A DNA stretch of 44,317 nucleotides, filler included, from Candidatus Sysuiplasma jiujiangense (GTDB taxonomy: Archaea; Thermoplasmatota; Thermoplasmata; Sysuiplasmatales; Sysuiplasmataceae): assembly GCA_019721075.1 (NCBI GenBank). It is 12 parts of 12 records of this genome, joined end to end, with 100 filler letters (N's around TTAATTAATTAA, not from the genome) between each part and the next. Parts side by side here need not be neighbours in the genome. Positions count along the whole stretch, not along the records: positions 18,677 to 22,744 come from JAHEAD010000048.1; positions 22,845 to 26,839 come from JAHEAD010000049.1; positions 26,940 to 30,871 come from JAHEAD010000050.1; 9 more parts are not named here. One strand, given 5' to 3'. The notes beneath the pieces were generated by a model that was not told where the DNA came from, did no database searches, and saw only the letters and a list, made by a program, of their open reading frames with translations. Position numbers and translations under genes: made by a program. This document shows positions 18,913-27,940 of the stretch, piece by piece. The stretch's first letter is position 1, and each line of letters starts with the position of its first letter.

Positions 18913-21900
18913 TCATCTAGGACGGCGAACAAGGATGTATACACCGATTGCCACTCCTGCGGCTGACGCTGCAAGAAGGATAACGAAGACATAGGCGGGA
19001 AAGAAATTCATTGGAGGAGTGGGCTGCACAGGGTTGTATGGTGGTGGGGGCGCCACATACGGTGAGACCTCGAATGTTGGATCCAGAGGCATCGTGGCAG
19101 GATTGAAGGTCGCGTTCAGGATTCCGGAGGAACTTGCATTTTCTATGAAGGATTCAATCTCAGATCCATGACTAATTATCTGAACAACATACTGAATGCC
19201 CGGAACTCCACTGAACTGGAGGTCAACAGAGGGCGCCTTCGAACTGTTCACACCGACCTGAATGTATGTTGGCTCAACGGATTCCGAATAGTTATAGCCT
19301 TTCCATGTGAAGTTTGGTTGAGGGCCACCAACGAGACCGTTGGCGTACGAGATCGTGGGAGTATCACTCGCAATGGTGACGTCTGGCGTTAGGTTGTAAT
19401 ACCAAAAGGATGAACCACCATAAGTAGTGAGACTACCAGATGATGAAGTGTTGAAAAAATACTGGTATGAGGATGATTGCTCTGTTATTGTTGTACCTCC
19501 TCCAATCCACATTGAATATGGCGAACCTTTTCCTGACAAGTATAAAACATTGTAATATGATGGTATATTAGTCTCGGATGGAAGTGGGCGGTAATAAAAG
19601 TGGTTGTTGAAAAGCGTGAGATTAGTTGTGTGCTGCTCTGTGTATATCGGGGCTTCTAGATTGTTTAGGTTCATAAACCAGTTATTTGCAACATACATAT
19701 TCTCGTGTGGGTTAAATCCTATAGCGGATCCTATGTCAACCGAGGGAGGAGCCGCAACAAAGGCGTTTGGGCCATAGGACTCATTGTTATAAAATATATT
19801 CCATGTTACATTTGATACATGGGATATCACCGCAAAACCACCCTGATAACCACCCCTGAATGTATATATAGTATTGTGTGTAAAATTGATGTAAAAAGAC
19901 TGAGACTCATAAGTCATGTAAAACCCAGTCGTCCCTCCCAAGCCGCCACCATTGAAGGCATCCTTTGTGTCATTCATGAATGTTAGATTAACGTAGTCCC
20001 CTGACCAGGTATTATTGTCGTAGTTATCATCAAAGATTGGCTGACCTGAACTTCCCCATGTACCCGTAACTGTATTAGGAGAAAATATTCCAGTAAAATA
20101 GTTGTTGTGTATATTTATGTGGTTTCCATTTACCAAGATGAAGCCCTGCTGGAAGCCCCCATCAATATAATTGTTGAAGAAATTTACGTATGAGTTAATA
20201 TAAGTTTGAGGAGGCATGAACCCGTATCCGTTATATGATGTGGGATGAGTATTATTATCCCAATATGCGATTACCGATGGCGAGTCAACGTAATAGAAGA
20301 TATTGTTTGATACGCTGTCATTAGGTTCAAAATACATTGCCTCTAAAGGAGCCAACGGCGGAGCCGAATATGTAAAATTGTTGTACTCCACAACCGTATT
20401 CTGAGTAAATGTAAAGTAAGTAAAACCTATGCTGGAAAAATAAGCAAGCGAATCACCAGTAGGCATCCCATCCTGAACAAGATTATGCTCAAAGGTGGAT
20501 TCCAAAGAATTGGTTGTAGCAAAATTAAAAGTTGTCCCAGATCCAAATATTGATTCGGTGATGTTCATAGTTAATCCGTTAATATTTCCAAATATTGATG
20601 AATTGATGAATCTGTCGTATTTCCATTGGGGACTGAAAACCCTGGCACCTACTGTATAGTTGTAGAAGGTACTATTCGACACGTAATCCGGTATAAGAAA
20701 CGACGTGATATTTTCAAAAACCGACTTTTCCCAATGATTAGTTGCAGACACGCCAGCACTGGAATCAAAATATTTGATAATGCTACCAGATATGTTTCCA
20801 CTTGGGGGTATCATGTCATTAGAATTCGATGTCGTTCCTACTCCATCGTATATCAAATCATGATAAAATGATCCAAAAATAGTGGAATTATAGGCATTGT
20901 CATTAGAGCCCCCGTACCATATTTCCGCAAACGAACTTAACGAAATAAATGTTGAATTGAACAGATAGATGTTCTCGGTGTCATCATTAATGCTGACGTT
21001 ATCATATACAACAGTATCATTAAAAAAAAGTGAATGCCCATTGACATTTATGCCGTTTGAAATGTAAAAATACCCCCCTGTGACACTTGTGTTTACGGAC
21101 AGTGACCAGGCAGATCCTCCGCTGACTGGGGGTGATGAACCGACTATTGTTGCCGTATGTTTCCACTCCGCAGGACTTAGTAACATGCCTGTTATAGACC
21201 AGATATTTCCACTGAAAGCGGATGTAGGAGCAACCGTGAAATTTGCTTCATACATCATGGTGTTAGTCAATGATTGATTGTAGCCAATGACGTCAAAACC
21301 ATAGCTATATGCAGTACTAACGTGAGTAAAAATTGCCGTCCCATTATTTCCAGTGATGGCTGATGTGAGATACGCTCCGCCTGAACTGTCATTTAACAAT
21401 TGCACAGTTATTTGCGTTGTTTGGTGTGTGTGACTATATGAATTTGTACCGTCCACATTGAAATATATAGTTCCAAGCGACGATGAAGGATTATCAACCG
21501 CAGATGACACGTATGATGAAGGAATCAGGTAAACGGTTCTGCTTGATGAACCTGGTGGAATCAACACCTGTTGAGTATAGTTGACATAAGACGAGGGGAC
21601 TGAAGAGACAACAAACATCCAGTACCAACCTGCATAGGTTGATATTGATACCGTTCCACTTGCCGACGTTTTGTATGGATAAAATATTCCAGTCGTGATG
21701 TTCTGCAATAGAACAGTTTGAAATATTGCTGGCGTATTTGATGATTTAGTGCCATTGAGAACCGTTAAGTTTAATGTAGCTGGAATTTTAGGCATGTTTC
21801 CTTTATATCCAATCATGTTAGGATTTGGTTCACCCACTGTTGATGGTGCTCCAACGCTCGATTGAGGAACTGTTAATCCAATGTCACTCTTCGGAACTGT

Positions 21901-22098
21901 TAGCCCCTGTATTCCCTGCGCCCCAACATCCGATGGGACCGTAGGAGTTCCATACTGATAGGGGAATGTGAAAGAAGATGATGCCGACGGCGATGCCTGC
22001 GCTTGATTGCCTCCCGACTGGATTACTGCGAACGCCGTAAATACAAACAATCCTACTATAAACAATGATAATGCTCTTTTCAGTATCCTCATGGTCAT
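18913..22098 (-). CDS. Secreted, C-terminally anchored glycoprotein with a probable parallel beta-helix (adhesin/receptor-binding), 1061 aa
   Basis: Signal peptide; recurring NNxF/NNTW motifs; Pro-rich linker, TM and RRPR tail; visibly AT-rich core. Confidence 0.75.
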   Translation of the reverse strand: MTMRILKRALSLFIVGLFVFTAFAVIQSGGNQAQASPSASSSFTFPYQYGTPTVPSDVGAQGIQGLTVPKSDIGLTVPQSSVGAPSTVGEPNPNMIGYKGNMPKIPATLNLTVLNGTKSSNTPAIFQTVLLQNITTGIFYPYKTSASGTVSISTYAGWYWMFVVSSVPSSYVNYTQQVLIPPGSSSRTVYLIPSSYVSSAVDNPSSSLGTIYFNVDGTNSYSHTHQTTQITVQLLNDSSGGAYLTSAITGNNGTAIFTHVSTAYSYGFDVIGYNQSLTNTMMYEANFTVAPTSAFSGNIWSITGMLLSPAEWKHTATIVGSSPPVSGGSAWSLSVNTSVTGGYFYISNGINVNGHSLFFNDTVVYDNVSINDDTENIYLFNSTFISLSSFAEIWYGGSNDNAYNSTIFGSFYHDLIYDGVGTTSNSNDMIPPSGNISGSIIKYFDSSAGVSATNHWEKSVFENITSFLIPDYVSNSTFYNYTVGARVFSPQWKYDRFINSSIFGNINGLTMNITESIFGSGTTFNFATTNSLESTFEHNLVQDGMPTGDSLAYFSSIGFTYFTFTQNTVVEYNNFTYSAPPLAPLEAMYFEPNDSVSNNIFYYVDSPSVIAYWDNNTHPTSYNGYGFMPPQTYINSYVNFFNNYIDGGFQQGFILVNGNHINIHNNYFTGIFSPNTVTGTWGSSGQPIFDDNYDNNTWSGDYVNLTFMNDTKDAFNGGGLGGTTGFYMTYESQSFYINFTHNTIYTFRGGYQGGFAVISHVSNVTWNIFYNNESYGPNAFVAAPPSVDIGSAIGFNPHENMYVANNWFMNLNNLEAPIYTEQHTTNLTLFNNHFYYRPLPSETNIPSYYNVLYLSGKGSPYSMWIGGGTTITEQSSSYQYFFNTSSSGSLTTYGGSSFWYYNLTPDVTIASDTPTISYANGLVGGPQPNFTWKGYNYSESVEPTYIQVGVNSSKAPSVDLQFSGVPGIQYVVQIISHGSEIESFIENASSSGILNATFNPATMPLDPTFEVSPYVAPPPPYNPVQPTPPMNFFPAYVFVILLAASAAGVAIGVYILVRRPR

Positions 22099-22110
22099 CT
22101 ACCCAGGTTT

Positions 22111-22210
22111 TAATTCCTGGGAAAGAAGCCATCTAAGTTTCTGGGGCTCGATAGCTCACTTCCCCAGAAACTGTGAATGGATATATTCAAGGGGGTACAT
22201 ATACATTCAT
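22111..22210. repeat. 100-bp structured direct repeat, copy 2
   Basis: Six mismatches to copy 1, mostly in loops; overlaps the stop codon of the upstream wHTH gene. Confidence 0.95.
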
Positions 22211-22437
22211 CTGCGGTATATGATGACGTTCCATGATCTGCCGTCAGAGTTTATGTGGGGAGTTGTAATTTCGACCGCTATTGAAAGGCATTCCCTGATG
22301 TGGTACCGGATTACCTTGTAAGGAATATCCAGCTGATAGGCGAGTGCCCTTCCGAAAATTTTCCTTCCTGGTGGAATGGCCTCGAGGATTATCGAATCAA
22401 CCTCATGGGCAAATCTCAATATAGGATCCTGGATCAT
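22207..22437 (-). CDS. Winged-helix DNA-binding protein (76 aa)
   Basis: GGAGGG RBS and ATGA coupling; VDSIILEAI...RALAYQLDIPYKVIRYHI HTH plus wing. Confidence 0.6.
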   Translation of the reverse strand: MIQDPILRFAHEVDSIILEAIPPGRKIFGRALAYQLDIPYKVIRYHIRECLSIAVEITTPHINSDGRSWNVIIYRR

Positions 22438-22709
22438 TGACCCTCCTCTTTCCGAATGCGGTCGATGATCTTCCTGGGGTCGCACCTGAAGACGTCCGTG
22501 TTCCATGAACCATGCCATACTATGTAGAGAGCATCGTTTTTCTTCATTGACAGTAGGTCATCGACAAGAAAGTGGTTATCGGATTGCGAGAAGTATATCG
22601 CTTGTTCTTCTATTTTTCCTTCCTTGTATCTGACTATTATCCCCCAAACTGGCTTATCAAGCGGGATTGAGTCTTCTTCTCCATACCTGATTTTTCCTTT
22701 TGACATCAC
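22434..22709 (-). CDS. Hypothetical viral protein (91 aa)
   Basis: GAGGTGA RBS; coupled to the recombinase stop through the contig overlap. Confidence 0.65.
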   Translation of the reverse strand: MMSKGKIRYGEEDSIPLDKPVWGIIVRYKEGKIEEQAIYFSQSDNHFLVDDLLSMKKNDALYIVWHGSWNTDVFRCDPRKIIDRIRKEEGQ

Positions 22710-22844
22710 TTCACCTCAAACATCTGTTTCTCCTGTATGGTCTTNNNNNNNNNNNNNNNNNNNNNNNNNNNNNNNNNNNNNNNNNNNNTTAATTAATTAA
22801 NNNNNNNNNNNNNNNNNNNNNNNNNNNNNNNNNNNNNNNNNNNN

Positions 22845-23132
22845 CAAAGAATAACTGACAAATTGATTCTCAATATCCCGAACTGTATAATCATCAGATA
22901 ATAACCCTTGTTCTTTTGGTTCAACAATATATCTATGATAAATATGATCCAACTCATCTGCTATTGGAGAATATTCATATTCAAGATACTCTTTTTGATG
23001 CCGAATTGGAACCCATTCTCTATTAACATTCCAGAAATTATCAGTACGCTTATCAATTATAATTTCTGGAATGTTGTCTTTTGGTGGCAAATTCTCCAAT
23101 ATCTTTTTTATTTCTCTATCTATATTATCCAT
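22845..23132 (-). CDS. Hypothetical protein (3'-partial), AT-rich
   Basis: GAGGT RBS; open to the contig edge. Confidence 0.55.
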
Positions 23133-23152
23133 ATATATTTACCTCAAATATT

Positions 23153-23634
23153 TTACGCCTCATATCTCCACTTCCACGCTCTTCTTTTTTCCATGATGCC
23201 ATTTTGCTCCTGTTCAATCTTATGTGCAGTCTCATGTAAAAGCACATGCTCAAACTTAGCGTCATTGGACACAAGCTCTGGATCAAAATAGACGGTATTG
23301 CCCCGAATTTTTGCACGTTCCACAGTTCCATTTTTATTGTTTGTTTTAGATTTCATAGGTCTAAATTCCATGCCGGAAACAAATCCAAGATACTCCGGTG
23401 CATTCCTCTCCACATTTTCCATGACAATTCTTCTTGCTTCCTCATCCATTGATTGTCTCTCTTTCCTGTTCAGAGGTATCTCCTGTCCAAAGTTGTAATA
23501 CGATTCTGCTTCCCTGCAATACCCCGATACCCACGTTCCCTTCTTGTAATAGCCACTGACAAAGAGTTTTTCCTGTTCTTCACAGGCATATTTTTCGTAG
23601 GTTTCGTCCGGGGTTTGTCGTTTTTTCCAAACAT
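23153..23634 (-). CDS. HExxH zinc-metallopeptidase-like protein; full length needs a -1 shift near 23621-23626 (ORF track shows only 23153-23449)
   Basis: VLLHETAH motif; its frame stays open upstream (FVSGYYKKGTWVSGYCR); the ATG at 23634 has a GGAGGTGA RBS but is out of frame by one base. Confidence 0.55.
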
Positions 23635-23823
23635 CTATTTCACCTCCTCTCCTGGCAGAGCGTTTTCAAGACATTCCGCAGCCCTGTTAATGGCCTCGTC
23701 CATGTCAACGTCGAGCCTTGCCGCAAGGATCCTTATCCTCTTCCTTGTCGCTGTCTCGACCTTGATGGTTGTCTTGGTCATACTCTGCATACTACTTAGT
23801 GACATATTAACCTTTTCCCCCAT
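23635..23823 (-). CDS. Ribbon-helix-helix regulator (true start may be internal, MTKTTIKV)
   Basis: TTIKVETATRKRIRILAARLDVDMDEAINRA RHH pattern. Confidence 0.7.
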   Translation of the reverse strand: MGEKVNMSLSSMQSMTKTTIKVETATRKRIRILAARLDVDMDEAINRAAECLENALPGEEVK

Positions 23824-23926
23824 GGCTACCTGGATCTCCTGGTGATGTGGCTGGCGAATCTCTCGAAGCTCCCCAGGAACTTCATCCTCTGGCCGTCCTC
23901 CTTCCTGTCCTCCTCGTCCCGGCGGT

Positions 23927-24160
23927 TCATGGGTCCGTCTCCAGGTATACGCCGAGGCCCAGTGCCATCACCGTGGCAAGGATGTATATCCCTGTCCAGA
24001 GCGTTATGGCAGCGTCCACGCTCATGTGCGTCGCATATGCCGTTACGTTCCCCAGGAACACGGCGAAGCCGAGCTGGCCGATCATCAGGGCGCCGAGGAG
24101 GTAGACGAGCATCAGCGAACCCATGAGTATGAGGGTCCATCCGGATCTTGATTCGGCCAT
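23927..24160 (-). CDS. Small two-TM membrane protein (77 aa)
   Basis: GGAGG RBS; two hydrophobic spans. Confidence 0.7.
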   Translation of the reverse strand: MAESRSGWTLILMGSLMLVYLLGALMIGQLGFAVFLGNVTAYATHMSVDAAITLWTGIYILATVMALGLGVYLETDP

Positions 24161-24466
24161 TCACAGCCTCCCTATGGTATTGTTGTACAGTGATTTTGCG
24201 CCCCCCTGGATGCCGTTCCATGCCATGTTCAATATATTCTGGATCAGGGACCAGAAGAACCCGATGAGGCCATGGATGAATGCCGAGGCCGGGGCAAAGA
24301 ATGATGCGAAAAGGCCCGAGAATATGGACTGGATCTGTGCGGGATAGAACACTATGCCCAGAACGATCACAGCCGCAATAATGATCATGAAAAAATATGC
24401 GCCGTCCTCGAATTCCACGAGGGCGGCACTTTTTGGTATGTTTCTTGCAAGGGAGATTCCGTTCAC
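24161..24466 (-). CDS. Membrane protein with TM and amphipathic helix (101 aa)
   Basis: GTGA-coupled start; resembles the upstream gene (SFFAPASAFIHGL vs SFTSPVSAGFNGL). Confidence 0.6.
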   Translation of the reverse strand: MNGISLARNIPKSAALVEFEDGAYFFMIIIAAVIVLGIVFYPAQIQSIFSGLFASFFAPASAFIHGLIGFFWSLIQNILNMAWNGIQGGAKSLYNNTIGRL

Positions 24467-24864
24467 GCCCCTGCGATGGTCATGGCCGCGTATCCGCTGT
24501 CCGTAAAGAGGGACAGCATGGACCGGATCCCGATCGATTGCGAGACGAACGCCTTCACGAGGGCGATCTGCTGCATGATGCGGAGGTAGAATGCCGGCAG
24601 TATGGCCAGGTTCGACACCGCATGGGACGCCCACTGGAAGAAGGCATTTATCAGGGACGCAAGGCCATTGAAGCCGGCACTCACCGGTGAGGTGAAGCTG
24701 CCGACAAGGCCCACGCCGATCTGCGCAACCTGATGGGAATACAGCCAGAAGGCCAGGCCCACCACGGCGATGATGGAGACGCCGACAAGGATCAGGATGT
24801 CATCCAGATCCCAGCCTGCGTACCCCTCGACGTCGGTTGCCTCTGTCTGCAGGTCTTCCGTCAT
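24463..24864 (-). CDS. Membrane protein with TM and amphipathic helix (133 aa)
   Basis: Acidic N-terminus, TM ILILVGVSIIAVVGLAFWL. Confidence 0.65.
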   Translation of the reverse strand: MTEDLQTEATDVEGYAGWDLDDILILVGVSIIAVVGLAFWLYSHQVAQIGVGLVGSFTSPVSAGFNGLASLINAFFQWASHAVSNLAILPAFYLRIMQQIALVKAFVSQSIGIRSMLSLFTDSGYAAMTIAGA

Positions 24865-24865
24865 G

Positions 24866-26077
24866 TCACGCCTTCAGTTTCCTCGCGGACTGGTCCCTGC
24901 GGATCTTCCTGAGCTTGTACCTCTTCGTGTCGATCAGGCCATAGTACGCTATGACTATGAAGAAGACCACAGCCAGCCAGCCGTATATCAGGGCCACGAC
25001 GTTCGGGGATGTCATGAAGTTGAACACTATGGTCCCGAAGGGCCAGAACATGTTCAGGACGAACCCGAGTACCATGCCTATGAGGCCCACGCCCATGGTC
25101 CTGCTGTACCTCTGCCTCTCAGGGATCTCTGTGTACGCGAAGATGAACAGCCCGAAGAAGAACAGAGATGCTATGGCCGATCCCCATCCCCCGAGGGGCG
25201 TGATGGATCCGACGAAGCCCTCAATTACCAGTATGCCCAGTGCGCCTGCAATGCCGACCAGTGCGACTCCCATCTCCCTGCGTGTCTGGAACGCCTTTGC
25301 CCTTCCTTCCTCCCCGCCTTCATATGCCGGGGCGGCCAGATACGTTACGTAGATGGCAAGGAGCAGTATCACGAGGCCTATGGATGCTATGTATGTCACC
25401 AGCGGGAACTTCTGCCCGTTTGTGTACTCAAAGTACTGTGTGAATGTTATGCTCGCGCTCTGGAAGCCTGTGGCGTTCTTGCTCTGGTTCAGGTGGAATG
25501 CGTACTGCGGCGTGCTTGTGAAGCCGGATGCCAGATACGTTATCGGGTTGAGCTGCACCGATGATCCGAAGTACGAGGCCTGTGCATCAAAGAGCGTCTG
25601 GTTCATTGCGTAATCGGTTATGCCCTTGTCTCCAATGGAATTGACGCTTGTCGCGTTGACCGGTTCCCCGAAGTACATGTATGCGCTGGTCAGGTTAGTG
25701 TTTACCCCGGTAATGGTAAAGTCCGAAAAAGTGAAAAGCGCTCCGTTCTGCAGTTCATCATAGACATCCTGCGAGATATTCTTTGTCTGCACGATCACGG
25801 TCGATATCTTCTCCTTGGCAGGCGTCGAGAATGTGATCGCATTGGTGACCTTGTTCACCGTGAAGCTTGCCTGGTACCAGTGCGCAGAATTTCCGCTCTC
25901 GTTCAGGAGCCATACCGCACTTGTCTCGTTTGCTATCCCTACCCCGGCCAGGGTGTTCAGGCCTGCCGAGGACGGCCCTATGCTGGCATCAGCGCTGAAG
26001 ACATACGCTCCCAAAGGAACGCTGATAACCACCAGCAAGGCGATTATTATTCCCCAAATTCCTCTCAGTTTTTTCAT
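24866..26077 (-). CDS. Signal peptide + glycosylated ectodomain + ~5 C-terminal TM (403 aa); probable envelope/structural protein
   Basis: Hydrophobicity pattern, NxS/T sequons, first gene of a membrane-protein operon. Confidence 0.7.
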   Translation of the reverse strand: MKKLRGIWGIIIALLVVISVPLGAYVFSADASIGPSSAGLNTLAGVGIANETSAVWLLNESGNSAHWYQASFTVNKVTNAITFSTPAKEKISTVIVQTKNISQDVYDELQNGALFTFSDFTITGVNTNLTSAYMYFGEPVNATSVNSIGDKGITDYAMNQTLFDAQASYFGSSVQLNPITYLASGFTSTPQYAFHLNQSKNATGFQSASITFTQYFEYTNGQKFPLVTYIASIGLVILLLAIYVTYLAAPAYEGGEEGRAKAFQTRREMGVALVGIAGALGILVIEGFVGSITPLGGWGSAIASLFFFGLFIFAYTEIPERQRYSRTMGVGLIGMVLGFVLNMFWPFGTIVFNFMTSPNVVALIYGWLAVVFFIVIAYYGLIDTKRYKLRKIRRDQSARKLKA

Positions 26078-26265
26078 AGAGTTTTCCGGAAACAAACGGG
26101 AAAAGCATCCGTTTTGCCTGGTAAAGCATCAGGAGCTGATCCCGGAAGCCTCCATTCCTCCCTTCTGTTGGCGCCATGCGGGTACGAGAAAGTCATGGTC
26201 TTGCGGGACTTGATGGCTTTCGCATGCCCGCAAGACTTAACTATTCATGACGCACAACCTTAATA
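26078..26265 (-). promoter_or_regulatory. Structured ~190-nt leader homologous to 18719-18912
   Basis: Stem GTCTTGCGGG 26198-26207 / CCCGCAAGAC 26227-26236 with a shared GATGGCT..CGC loop; shared GGRATCRGCTC(T)CTGATG block. Confidence 0.6.
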
Positions 26266-26481
26266 TTATTCCTGTTCCTGGAGGCAGTACTTCCTCCGGA
26301 TGGTCATGGTGGCGTCCACGGGCAGGTGCTGGAGGTGGTAGGCGACGGATCGGCTCGATATCCTGTGGCCCGACCTTTCGAGGCCCCTGCTGATGCTCCT
26401 GGCGGAGAGGTGGATCGAACCGGCGGTCTGCAGGTACTGCAGGATGATCGCGTCTACGGCATCGGGGCTGCGGGCAGTCAG
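26266..26481 (-). CDS. Winged-helix protein (71 aa) with probable CTG start; homolog of 22207-22437
   Basis: GGTGA RBS and CTGA overlap; VDAIILQYL...SARSISRGL...ISSRSVAYHL. Absent from the ORF track. Confidence 0.6.
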   Translation of the reverse strand: MTARSPDAVDAIILQYLQTAGSIHLSARSISRGLERSGHRISSRSVAYHLQHLPVDATMTIRRKYCLQEQE

Positions 26482-26684
26482 CGGATCACCGCCAGGGTGA
26501 GAATGACCAGGATCGCAAGCACCGTAAGGGATGCCCAGGGATGCTTCCCGATGGGGATCACCATTCTTGAAATGACTGAATCGGATGTGTCCACAACGAA
26601 GGCCAGGATGAAGATTGCAAGGAAGAAAAGGAAGAACAGCCGGATGCGGTCAGGCCAGCCAAGGCGTTCCTCATCATGGGTCAT
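26478..26684 (-). CDS. Small two-TM membrane protein (68 aa)
   Basis: GGGTGA RBS; two hydrophobic spans. Confidence 0.65.
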   Translation of the reverse strand: MTHDEERLGWPDRIRLFFLFFLAIFILAFVVDTSDSVISRMVIPIGKHPWASLTVLAILVILTLAVIR

Positions 26685-26939
26685 GGCTTCACCCTCATCA
26701 TGATTCCAAGGACCGTGAATGCCACTCCAAGCGTCTCGTTGCGTTCAAATATCGCTTTCTTTATTTTCTGCATTTTTTTCATGTTTTCACCTTCCTTTTT
26801 TTATTCTCCGTCTTTTTAGAATTGATTTCAGGGGTTTCGNNNNNNNNNNNNNNNNNNNNNNNNNNNNNNNNNNNNNNNNNNNNTTAATTAATTAANNNNN
26901 NNNNNNNNNNNNNNNNNNNNNNNNNNNNNNNNNNNNNNN

Positions 26940-27105
26940 CCATGCGATTCAAAAATATCTCCACAGAAGTGTGAGGATTCTGATTGGAATCACTCGTAAC
27001 CAGATATCCTTCGATTGAGAGCATTATACGTGGATCAGTTAGAGACTGTTTCATTATCTCAACCATTGCATTGTTTACTTTCTCTGTTTCCTGTAAGTCC
27101 ATCAT
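26940..27105 (-). CDS. Hypothetical protein (3'-partial)
   Basis: GGAGGT RBS; open to the contig edge. Confidence 0.5.
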
Positions 27106-27118
27106 TTCTGGACCTCCA

Positions 27119-27940
27119 TTATATCATGCATGATGCTTCAACCTCCACACACACATTTCCCTCATAATCATCGAAGATACTGAGGGATCCGTTCCCGAAA
27201 CCCGGTCCCGATGCCAGTCTCCTCAATCCTTTTGACTTTCCTCTTGGATATAGATTATAGGTTGGAAATTTGATATCCTGCTCTTCCAGTGCGACAGCAT
27301 CCCAGAATAAGATCGGATGAGTATGGTACAGTGCAGCCCATTCCTTTGGTGACTGGAACGGGCAGAAATAGCACCCTGACTTGACAGGATCGGGCCAGCC
27401 ATAATCCTTTATGATACGGTGGCAGTCATCCCTCGATATGCTCCGTTCAACCATAGGATAAGCATTCCGGTATTCTGAATGATGCGGCTGCTTCCATGAT
27501 CCATCGGAATTAAAAGCTCGGTGCTTCTCATCAATGCTTATTCCAATCAGCGCAGTTGCCGGCTTCATGAATATGCCTTCTTTCTGCATTCCCCTGAGTG
27601 CGAGCTTTATTGGCGTTATCTTTGAGTATTCAGTGCACCACCTCATATTGATGCTTGGAACCCTATGCCGTTTTACGATTGCTTCCCTGAGTGAATCGGC
27701 ATGTTCCTGCTTTTTCGTGTCCACATTTGTTATCCTGCGGTGCATTCTCACCGTCATAAATGGCATGCCAATCTTTTCACACAACGGTTTGTCATATTTC
27801 TCGATGTAATCGTAGGTTTCCGGATGCTCTGCCCCTGTATCAGCGAATACGAGGGTATCAGCTTCTACCTCACCTTTTGCGATCAGGATCAGCATCGCTG
27901 TTGTCTGGACACCTGCACCGAATGATAGGAAGGTCTTCAT
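27119..27940 (-). CDS. PAPS-reductase-family (PP-loop) protein, phage type
   Basis: LSFGAGVQTT, FADTGAEHPETY, RWCT..KI.PI, GISIDE, SGCYFCPF motifs. Confidence 0.85.
   Translation of the reverse strand: MKTFLSFGAGVQTTAMLILIAKGEVEADTLVFADTGAEHPETYDYIEKYDKPLCEKIGMPFMTVRMHRRITNVDTKKQEHADSLREAIVKRHRVPSINMRWCTEYSKITPIKLALRGMQKEGIFMKPATALIGISIDEKHRAFNSDGSWKQPHHSEYRNAYPMVERSISRDDCHRIIKDYGWPDPVKSGCYFCPFQSPKEWAALYHTHPILFWDAVALEEQDIKFPTYNLYPRGKSKGLRRLASGPGFGNGSLSIFDDYEGNVCVEVEASCMI

Noticed and set aside
18813..22210. Repeats as a CRISPR array or IS ends
   Set aside because: Only two 100-bp direct copies 3.3 kb apart, with no spacers, cas genes or transposase.
24770..25613. Long + strand ORFs (also 2645-3238, 2835-3500, 43251-43925 and similar)
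   Set aside because: Antisense or alternate-frame shadows of well-supported genes in GC-rich coding DNA; no motifs or RBS.
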